Positions 12,101 through 21,701 of a DNA stretch of 64,000 nucleotides are shown piece by piece. The notes beneath the pieces are model-generated. The model did no database searches. It worked only from the letters and a program-made list of their open reading frames with translations, and was not told the origin of the DNA. The stretch covers positions 62,001 through 126,000 of the forward strand of contig NW_020843601.1 of the NCBI RefSeq assembly GCF_003704095.1, in the 5' to 3' direction. The DNA is from Pocillopora damicornis (Eukaryota). Positions within the stretch are counted from its first letter, which is position 1, and each line of letters opens with the position of its first letter. The position numbers and the translations under genes were made by a program.

Positions 12101-15100
12101 ATGTTACATGACATGCAGAAAGTGGTGAGCTACCAGGCTAGTAGAACCATTTTATATCTGCTACCATAATGAGCCAGTTAGTTACCTTCGCTGCGCTAAG
12201 ATGCGCCATTCCATCAGCAATCTGCCACGCAAACGTCATAAGCTGTCGTGAGGTAAGTCGTACGTTAGGAAGCTGTTGTATATTGTAGTAATCGTCTTTG
12301 AAGCCTCGTTTCTTCCTCAAGAAGCCCAGTAGGTCTCCATAAGGTGCAAATTCTGTGATCACACACAGAGGCTCTGATAATCAAACAATAAGAAGTATTT
12401 CAAACCCTTGTTAAAGGTGGGGAATAAGGAGAAATCTTAACCTTAGGAAGATTCGAACACCAGCGAGTTCCAATTCTACCCCTTGATGCTCAACCACTTA
12501 GTTTTAGAGCTCTTGTTGGTGAGCTAACGAATACTCCAAAGTCATGTGTGATAAGCATTTTACGGAACAGTTGTCAATGGAGTGTAGAAAGTAATCCATG
12601 GTTGCTTTGATTTTGCTTAACTTCGCTCTAGAATTGGTCCAGGAAACATGCACTATTTTCCCAACCAATCAGATTCAAAACAACCCATCATTATTTTGTC
12701 TCGCGTTTTCAAGCGTTTCTTACAGTTTGCCTGCTTTCACTCAGCAAAAGTTGGTGACCAAGCATCTAATTTCTCCCCACAGTATGACCCCTGAGTCACA
12801 CATTAAGGTCACGATCACAAAATAAACTCTTGATTTTTAAGAAATTATCCTTGTCAACACCTTAACATGTATGCTGAGAACAATGTGAAGAATATGTATA
12901 CTGATGTTATGGTGTAAACAGTTAATGAGTGATGATTTCCTCACCTGATTTTGTAATACAAGCGAGAAGTTGTACCACGTGTTTATGTGGTGAGAGTTCC
13001 CTCATGACCTTGAGTTCAGATAGCAAGTCTTTGAAATGTGATTCACTTGCATTGTCTGGCAAAATGAATTAATAAATAAAGACCCATCGATCAATTTAGA
13101 GCAAAGATAAGTAACCTTCGTTATACCGTAGTGTGGGTCAACCGTTGGGGGTTTAATCTCACAGGTTGAAGGGTTCTTTACTCATATACCCAATGGAAAT
13201 GGCTTTCCCTGCTTCAAGCAACTAAATGTATCTTTACTACTCCTGGACAGCCTGTTAAATTGTGTCATTTTAACTCCAGAATTTCTGCCGGTTGCTGGTT
13301 AATGTTACCAAACCTGATTGGAGCGAGGGATTGGACTGCGATAAACAAGTTTGTTGAACAACAAAGCACAATCAGCCGGTAAGGTCTCGAGCCAGGGCCC
13401 GTGGATTCAGAGTTCAGAGCGCAACAGCCAGAATAGATAACCAGAAATAATATATGCACTTGAATGACTCTTTCTCTTACCTTTCAATGTTTTTATTGCG
13501 ACGACGCTCCATCCTCCATCATTGGTAACATCCAGAGCACGACCCATCTTAACAAGTCCAAACTCTCCACGACCGATGGTAGATTCAATCCTTATTCTGT
13601 CCCTTGAGATTTCCCAATGACGCCGCGGAGAAACAAGAAATGTTACATTAGGTAATTGTGGCCGGTTACGCTCTTTGACTGGTGATTCACCTCGAGAAAG
13701 ATGCGAATATTCCCCAATTTCTTGTCTCTGTTTGTTTCTTCCATTTTTGGATTTTTTCGATCGAGGAGAACCAGATGTTTCGTGCAAATGGTTATATTCT
13801 GAAGGACGTCCTGGGACATGGTAGTGATGAGTCACGGGTGCACTCTCTTCAACGTTTTTCGACTCTTCTGAGGAATATCCACCGTTATAATGTACCTCCA
13901 AAATTTCTATGCTCTCATACTGGTTTTGAACCTGCAATGGATATCATCATTATCTTCATCATCACCGTTATCGTGCCGAGGGAGAAGTCTACACTGACTG
14001 AGGGAAAAGACCATCTCCGAGGGGGAAAGTCAACTTTTGCGAGGGGAAAGTCGACTAAGGCGAGAGTAGGTGCGACTTGATTACGGTTCTCCCCGTCATC
14101 ATTGTCACCTTGGTTGTCATCATCATCATCATAATAAGGCCACGCGTAAAAAGATTTCGCTTGAGACCTGAAAACAACCTCCAGCTACAGATCTTTCGAT
14201 ATTCAAATTGGTATATTTTATTTCTCCGAACTGCGATGTTTACCAGACCATCTCATACAGAACCAACTCTTTAAATATTTTAAGATGATCTATCCATTTA
14301 TAATTTTGGTACGCAAAATAAAAATGAAGATAGCTAAAAAATTATGTCTCTTTTTATACTGTTTTATTTTCAAAAGCTTCCAGAGCATATATTTTAACTC
14401 TAGTTATCTTCTTACTTATTGCTAACTTACCTAGATATGTACTTATGTGCCCTTACTCCATAAAATAATCTCTAAGGGGGCTCTTTAGTAACCCCTTTGG
14501 TATTATAAAAGCAATATTTACCGTCAGTTCTTTCGGTTCTTCCGCTGTAGATATTGAAGAGGCATTGCCCAATTCCCTCTCCCTGTAAATTTAGCAAACA
14601 TTAAGTTATAGTATTACAAATATACACCATTGCAATTAAGACCCAGCAATTCATAAGGTTTACTTGTACCCATAAACACACTTAGGTAGAAAGATGTAAT
14701 GCAATGACTTGGCTAGGACTCGAAATCAGCCCTTAAATCCGGATTACAGTGTGCTGCTATTGTCACTGGTCATTTCCCTAATCTATTCCTTTATGCTATG
14801 CAAGCTACGCAAATTTGGTTGGATCACTTTTTAAACCATTTTCTCCTTAAGATGAACATTTTGTGACCAAGAATACTGCAATGCGTCTGTATTTCCATTG
14901 TGATGCTTTAACTTTGAAGCTGATGAAAGCTTAACGAAGAGTATGTAAACAATAAAGAACTTACGTGAGATGGTCTGTTTTTCTTTGATATCTGCATTTT
15001 CTTACTAACAAAGGGAAAGAAAGTAGAAGAAAATGCATGAACTTTCGACTACTTGCATGGAGTGGCTTAAACCCCATCGCCCTGTTGCTACTAACTTTCT

Positions 15101-18100
15101 GACATAAAAAAGTTAACTCACACCTCTTCTCGATTCAGTAAGAGAGAGAGCAGACGTCAACGGGTCTCCATTACTTAAAACCAAACAGTTCGGCCCTTTA
15201 TGAACAATTCTCTCTTCCTCTATATACATAATGGGTTTCAGTACGGCCATCTTTGATATTTTAACAACGTCTTTTAAGAACAAGTGAAGATAGCAGTGTA
15301 CAAAATATTTTGATGTTTCTTGTTCTTCAGAGATAAATAAAGAGGAAATTCTGCTTCAATTTATTCCAGGACTAGTAGAAATTTGAAGGACTGAGTTTGT
15401 AGATGGACCCTTGAAAACTATTGGAGAATCATCAAAAATCAAGAAAAATCTCAGCGCACATGAGATGTAGTCCGGACCTGCCATTGGTGGGAAAATGCCA
15501 CTTTCACTAGTACACCAACTCTTTTTCACAAATACGTTCCCGCAACACAAGGCTTTGTCAAAGTTTTTATAACTATGCGTTTTCCCTTATCTATACAATA
15601 TCTTACTCTTTTGTGTGGCTTTCCAAAGCAGGAATACAAGGCATGCTACTATCAGTGCCAATATTGCAATCCATATCAGAAGGAGGTGATCAAACTTGAT
15701 TGGACTGCCTTCAACCGCAGTGTTACTGGTTTCCATAGTTTCTGTTAAAAAAAATTGCAACAAATTTGAAAACTTCCACAAAGTTTTCCCATCAAAGGTT
15801 CTCAAGTTGACAATCATATAACTTCCATAAACTACAGATACTTACCTTCTGACTCAGTTGTAGAAGCCATGGTTGAAGCCCCTCTTGTACCCTCATGGGA
15901 TGTTGCTTCTGTATCTAAAACCATTAAATTTACTCTATCAGAAAAGACACTGACTAAGACTCATTTTAAAAAGAGTCTCTTCTTACAAGGCAAACACAGA
16001 AACATAACTGTATAGTAAAGAAGAAGGCCGGATGAATTTGTAGTACTGCAATAAGAAAAAAAAAAAGACTCGGTAGAAGCAGCGCAAAAGGCTTATCATA
16101 AACAACACAAATTCTTTGGAATGTTGCTCGTTGGCAAGATGATTAATTCTAAAGCTTTTCTTTTTAGGTGACACAGGACACTTACCTTGTGTGTGAATGG
16201 CAGTAGGAGCATTAGTAGTCCTCGTTACAGTAGTTGAGCGTATTACTACATAAATTTGAAAAACACAGAAATAAAATGTTTCCAATTGAACTCTACATAA
16301 ACTTACTCTAAGAAAGGTACTCTTAAGGTGGCAATGACGACGCTGCTATATAAACAGGAGAGTTTTTCAGTGTCTCCAAAAACCGAAAAATAAAACAAAA
16401 CATCCACTTTAAAGTACAACGTCATTGTTGTATTAGTGACTACGTTCATAGCCAGTTTAAAATTTCGTCTTTGTCTAAATATAGGAGAAAACGGATGAAA
16501 ATTGATTTCAATTTAGTTGATTTTAGATGGTTTAAAAATTTGTTTGAGAAAACCCTTGGATAAAAAGATCAGATTTTTAGACCTCTATTTTGTGGTCATT
16601 TAATGTGCTCTAATGGATTTTTCAATTAGTTCGAGAGATGAGATTATTTGATATTTCTTGCGTTAAACTACAGCGTGTCTACTCAGTTTGACACAGATCA
16701 TATTACAACAAAAGACAGTCGCTACCTTGAGGACCTCGTCCAATCTCACAACGTTCTTTTATCGATGAGGAGCCTTTACCGTATTTGTTCCACGCTGAAA
16801 CTGCAACTGTATAATTTTGATTCCATTCAAGGTTGAGCATGAGAGAAAGTGTCTTTGTGGTATTCCAGGTTTTGATTTTTTCCCAGAAAAGTGAACCATT
16901 CAAATAAACTATGATTTTCCAGACATGTATAGTATACATCGTGATCGGGCTTTTTCCATTGTATGGCTCCGTCCATTGCAATGAGCAGTTATTTCCATGA
17001 ACGGTAAGGTTTGATATTGAAGGTGAATCAGGAGGTCCTATAACAGAGAGAGGGGAAAAAAATGTTAAAAGTGAAGTCTTGTAAAATGCACCTGTCAGGT
17101 ATTTTAAGGATACTGAAAGAATTCAAATTTGAAAACTTCTTGATTCTAAAGTATGATGTCACCCCATTCCGGCCAAATTCTTAGCCTTTATCACAAGTTC
17201 TTCACAAAGATATTAAAACAAGAGCAATAGGTGGTCAAAACTTTCCAGCAGTGTAACATAAAACCTGGTTTATATTAAATGAAAATTGAATGACTCCCCT
17301 TGTTTTTCGTTGCCAGATATGTTAATAATGGCCCAGAACATGAGTTAAAGATTTGAGACAAATTTAAAACCTCACCAAAATTTTTCTCAATTTCAGGCAA
17401 TTGCTGAAACCAATCAGAAGACTTAGAATTTAAGGTGAAAGTTACATTATTGAATCGAAGCAACTCAATGGTTACCTTGAGGAAGAGTGGTCCCACTGAC
17501 TTTAGCTGTCTTTCCGTAACCGACCTCATTCCTCCCCTGAATCTCAACCACGTATGAACTGTTTTTCTTCAGATTTTTAATAATTAATGACGTTGTTGGG
17601 ATACTTGCATATTGCTTTATTGATTTTTTGGTGATGCCATCCAGGACTTTTATTCTGTAGTCCAATACCTCGATGTTGTTGTCTCCATTTGGGGAGTACC
17701 AAGATATGTTCAAAGAGAGCACTCCCGGCCTCGCAGCTTTTATGACGGGTGGACCAGGTAATTCTATGAAGTAAACATTTGTTTAGTTTCGTTACTGGCG
17801 TACTAGATGAATAGTGAATCACGGTCGTTCTCTTTGGCTTGGAATAACTGTCACTTGCCCCTTTTCATGCCTTTCTGAATGGCCGACCGTCAGACAAACC
17901 AGCCAACTGTTTTTATGCATAGGGGATGGTCTGATCATCCTAACATCCTGACCTAATCATATGGATGACTGACTAATTGTTTCACTGCTCAAACGATGGA
18001 CTGACTGACTGACTGATCGACTGACGATCCGATTGAGTGGCTGATTTACCATCTGACTCTCCGACAGAAAAACAGAGCGGTAGATACACACTCTGACGTG

Positions 18101-21100
18101 CTGAAAAAGTGGCTTATATCTCCCACATCCCTGTTTTCCTCTCTGTCTGTCTGTCTGACTGACTGACTGAACACATTGGCTAAAACCTTCTGGCAATAAG
18201 TAACTAGTTTTCACCTGCTTCAAGCGTTGTAACTGTGATATTTTTTGACTCTCCATAACCAACGATGTTTCTTGCTTGTAAAATGACTATGTATGTTCTG
18301 TTTTGCCTCAGATGTTTGAGGTGGAGTGAGGTTTCTTTAATTGCGTTCTGTCGCCTCACCATACTTCCATTTGCATGCAGTAATGTTATCATAAAGTCCA
18401 GTATGACACTGCCTCCATTTTTAATCGATTTTTTCCACGTGACGTTGAATTCCAACACGTTCCGCGAAATTTTATGTACCACAGGAGGGCCAGGTGGATC
18501 TGAAATATTGCACAGGTTAACAGTGTTTCATTCAATCGTTCATACCATGGTGAGCAAGATTTAACTCAGACCCGAACATGCTTTTAGGACCCTTGCTAAA
18601 ATTACTTCTCAGTTTTATTAAATGCTTTTTTCAAAGGGCAAGAGGGAATAAATTTTAATTATCGTTTCAGCAACACTGTTACAGTGTTGAAAAATATTAG
18701 TTTTTTATCCGTTATTATTAGAGCTTAAGCTTTATCTTAACAGGCAAGAAAAGCAGTTTTAAGGACATTGATCTTTGGGTATTGAGTTTGAAAAACACAA
18801 CTTTAGTAACTTTGTTATCTTTGGGCATCCATTTTTGTCAAAAGTCTGAGAATTTGAAGAGTTTCCGGACCCGTGAGCTATATCACCTGAAAAAAGACGA
18901 TTTCAGTGCCACTGAGTTACGTTTTATCTGAATATACCTCCAAAAACACGATCAGGGTTTTTAGTAAATACTGCAAAAGCGCACGGAATAGAAAACATCA
19001 AAATGGAGTTGCAGTTACTTTGTACTTACAAAGTTGTTCCACCGTGATGTTATACCACGCAGGTCCTTTGCTGTTAGATGCATTACACGTGTACAAACCG
19101 AAGTCGCCCACAGTTTTCGGTGTCAGTGTCAACGTGCTACCGTCATGCGTCGAATGCACTCCGTTCAAGATCTGTCGGCCATTTTTAAACCACGTAAATT
19201 TCGCCGCAGGATTGGCATAAAATACACAATGTAGGGTTGTATTGTGATTGAGCCATGATTTTATAAAAGGACTTGTTGAAGCTGTTTTGTTGATGTGAGG
19301 TCTATCTGCATATTGGTAAAGAGAGGAACTTTCAAAGATACCATCGAAAGGAAACTATGTTGGGTTTTATTTTGAGGCAATGAGTACAGGTAATTAGCTT
19401 ATGGTAAGTCTAAATGAATCCTGACCATACAGGTATGATTGCTATTTAATTCTTGTAAGCTAGTAAGGGTGTTTTTTTTGTGTCGTTCATAAATGTCAAC
19501 AAGTTTAAGCAAACCCCTTATCTAAAAAATATGTAAACTTTACATGTAAACGTTGGCTTAAGTTGACATCCTGGATATTTATTATTATTCATACATCGAT
19601 AAAAAGTGTTAAAGAAAATAACTCTAGTAAAAATTGCATTCAAGCGAAACACTCAGGCAATAAAGAAAAGAGTTCCCCTTCGAGAGGTGTCCTTCAGTGA
19701 AGGCTAAAGTTATTGGAGCATTGTCCTTTGAACATGATGGAGGTGTCCACTGAAGGAGATACAACCCTCTAAGAAGACACCACAGTAACTGAAACTGAAT
19801 AACGAAGGAAATCAATTTTAAACAACAGAGATCTTCATTTACTTACATCGTATAACTCGCATTTTAACTCGATGAAAATCAGATCCAACTTGGTTTGTTG
19901 CATTGCAGGTGTAGGTGCCAGCATCTTTAAGTTGAACATTAGGAATCTGTAAAACTGTACTTGTATTTCCACGCTTTAATACTTTACCATTGTTTTTCCA
20001 TGTGATGGAGAGAGGTGGATCACCTGTTGCGTCACACTCCAAGTTGACCCTCTCCCCATCTTCCACATCGACTGTCGCGTTTGGTTTTGTAATTATTTTT
20101 GGTGGAACTGATGAGGAATTTAAGGGTATAACATATTAGTTTAAATAACTGATAAATCCACCAGCGTTCTATCACAAAAAAAGCTGCAATCCGATTTGCT
20201 ACACTGCTCGCCACTATTCCACGATAGGTAATGCATGAAGTGATTGACATAAGCCCGTCTCGTTGTTGAATTTGAACGACAGGTAAATTACAACCAAAAG
20301 GTGATCAACACCCATTCAAAAACGAGAGATGAAAATTCACAAATAATGGCTTGCAGACTGAGGTGCAAGTGTTGGTTTGACGTTATTTCACTCCCTCAAT
20401 GATTAACTTTCGACAAAAGTGGTCAGACATCTATAAAGAGGGAGGGGGAGCTCAAACATAGCAGCTCGTAGGGACATACCAGCTCTATTGACATTTCTTA
20501 TTTAAAGATTTGTTGAAGTTTGATTTTCAAACATTCAGATCCTTTGCTTTTGGTTTCAAGGACAGTTGAGAATCATTCAATTACAAGAACCAAAATGTCT
20601 AGTTAAAAATTAAGTCAGTTTACTTACCCCGAATGAGGAGTTTTACTAAGGCACTCGTCACAGTAGTACCATCCATAATCACCTTGCAAGCATAATCAAT
20701 TTCGTCTGATTTGCCCACATTTCGTAAAGTAAACAGTTGTACACTTCCGTTTTGATTGAAATTTCCACTCCAATGAAGCCTGGAGGTAATGGATGAGGGA
20801 ACTTGTGTGTTCGCCGCCCAAGTTCTTGGCGGTGTAACTGTTATGAATTTGTCCTCAAAGTTACCGTAATTATCTACCTTTCCCCAAATGACCACCATCT
20901 TCAAGTGACCCACTTTACCATAAGTAAAATCCCAGCGAAAAGTGACGTTAGAGCCCAAACTTGCCAATAATGAGGATTGAGGTCCCTTCGTAAACGACGC
21001 TAAAAAATTCACGAATAATAAAAGATAGTCACAACAACTATAAGATCGCCATTTTCCAAGTTGTCTCGAGTTGAGATTGATCTTTTTAGTTGATCATTTT

Positions 21101-21701
21101 TACTTGGCACGAGCGGATAAAATGATTGACCATTTACTCAAGTACCACTCCGCTTAAGAAAAGAGGGGAGGGGGAAACCCCGTGAAAGAACAAGGTCAGT
21201 CGCGCGAGGAAACTTAAAAAGGGTTCAATAATTCCCTTAGGTCAGCGATCCGTGGTAAGACTTACTTATTGTCAACTCACGTGTGTAATGAGGATAGGCT
21301 TACGATGTGAGGCTAAGTTCATGAGACGCCATGAAGGTTACTCTGTCTATCATATTCATGCATTTTGACGTGAAATTCTGAAGCTATCTGTGGGTATCAT
21401 TTAGCTTGTTCTAGATCTTTTTGCGAATTCCTTTTATCGCTTCATGTGAAGGGTTTTTTCTTTTGTTTTTTTTTTTACTTGTTTTTACTCTATTCATCCC
21501 CAGTAGCTTCCTGCTTAAAAAAGGATTAAGGTTTCCATCTTGCTTCTATTTCGCAGCCAGCTTTTTACTACTCAAACTTGTTCGTTACTTAATTAATTTA
21601 AAAATGACATTCCAGGTATACTCACGACCAGCGGTGCATGATAAGTGAAGACTGAGGTAGAAAGCCAAAACTGGAACAAGTTGAACAAGTAAAGACATCA
21701 T
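9063..21701 (-). CDS. RTK-A: receptor tyrosine kinase (SP-IgV-Ig-Ig-FN3x3-stalk-TM-kinase, RET/FGFR-like kinase), 21 coding exons, ~1155 aa
   Basis: Exons 21626-21701, 20628-20999, 19847-20107, 19030-19305, 18215-18499, 17476-17763, 16726-17037, 16186-16245, 15846-15914, 15607-15741, 14965-15004, 14522-14582, 13481-13931, 12945-13055, 12186-12373, 11551-11673, 11288-11358, 11154-11194, 9550-9646, 9359-9458, 9063-9113. All are GT-AG and phase-compatible, totalling 3468 nt. Motifs [38 protein letters not shown] are present. Confidence 0.92.
9359..9458 (-). CDS. RTK-A kinase subdomain XI
   Basis: [21 protein letters not shown]. Confidence 0.92.
9550..9646 (-). CDS. RTK-A kinase subdomain X
   Basis: GGRPYPGM...GYRMEKP. 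Confidence 0.92.
9780..10985. repeat. Degenerate (TGGA)n/(GGAA)n microsatellite array in RTK-A intron
   Basis: Visible tandem tggatgga runs, purest at the edges of the N gap. Confidence 0.95.
10393..10739. other. Assembly gap (347 N)
   Basis: N run. Confidence 0.99.
11154..11194 (-). CDS. RTK-A kinase subdomain IX
   Basis: [13 protein letters not shown]. Confidence 0.92.
11288..11358 (-). CDS. RTK-A kinase subdomain VIII
   Basis: [24 protein letters not shown]. Confidence 0.93.
11551..11673 (-). CDS. RTK-A catalytic loop/DFG exon
   Basis: [41 protein letters not shown]. Confidence 0.95.
12186..12373 (-). CDS. RTK-A kinase subdomains V-VIa
   Basis: [13 protein letters not shown]...[12 protein letters not shown]. 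Confidence 0.93.
12754..12925 (+). mobile_element. TTAA-ended ~200-bp interspersed element, 5'-truncated copy
   Basis: gtgacc..catctaatttctcc...ccttgtca.cacctta...atactgatgtta. Matches copies at 48434-48630 (+) and 26007-26217 (-). Confidence 0.7.
12945..13055 (-). CDS. RTK-A kinase subdomains III-IV
   Basis: [26 protein letters not shown]. Confidence 0.92.
13481..13931 (-). CDS. RTK-A juxtamembrane + kinase subdomains I-II
   Basis: [24 protein letters not shown]. Confidence 0.93.
14522..14582 (-). CDS. RTK-A juxtamembrane exon [20 protein letters not shown]
   Basis: 61 nt, phase 2-0; ELGN..KE is shared with the RTK-B exon. Confidence 0.75.
14655..14760 (-). mobile_element. Highly decayed tRNA-derived SINE-like relic
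   Basis: B-box-like ttcgagtcc on the minus strand and gtaccca...acac...gg body; a similar relic lies near 13300-13420. Recognised by eye only. Confidence 0.35.
14965..15004 (-). CDS. RTK-A juxtamembrane micro-exon [13 protein letters not shown]
   Basis: 40 nt, phase 1-2; required to restore frame. Confidence 0.7.
15607..15741 (-). CDS. RTK-A transmembrane exon
   Basis: [26 protein letters not shown]. Confidence 0.9.
15846..15914 (-). CDS. RTK-A S/T-rich stalk exon 2
   Basis: [23 protein letters not shown]; 69 nt, phase 1-1. Confidence 0.75.
16186..16245 (-). CDS. RTK-A S/T-rich stalk exon 1
   Basis: [20 protein letters not shown]; 60 nt, phase 1-1. Confidence 0.75.
16726..17037 (-). CDS. 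RTK-A FN3 domain 3
   Basis: [23 protein letters not shown]. Confidence 0.92.
17476..17763 (-). CDS. RTK-A FN3 domain 2
   Basis: [24 protein letters not shown]. Confidence 0.92.
18215..18499 (-). CDS. RTK-A FN3 domain 1
   Basis: [24 protein letters not shown]. Confidence 0.92.
19030..19305 (-). CDS. RTK-A Ig domain 3 (I-set)
   Basis: [29 protein letters not shown]. Confidence 0.92.
19847..20107 (-). CDS. RTK-A Ig domain 2 (I-set)
   Basis: [33 protein letters not shown]. Confidence 0.93.
20628..20999 (-). CDS. RTK-A Ig domain 1 (V-type)
   Basis: [26 protein letters not shown]. Confidence 0.9.
21626..21701 (-). CDS. RTK-A signal peptide exon [25 protein letters not shown]
   Basis: ATG, hydrophobic core, GTGAGT donor. 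Confidence 0.85.

Noticed and set aside
9063-21701. Gene symbols FGFR, RET, TIE or AXL
   Set aside because: The 3 Ig + 3 FN3 ectodomain and the kinase details match none of them exactly; orthology needs a phylogeny.
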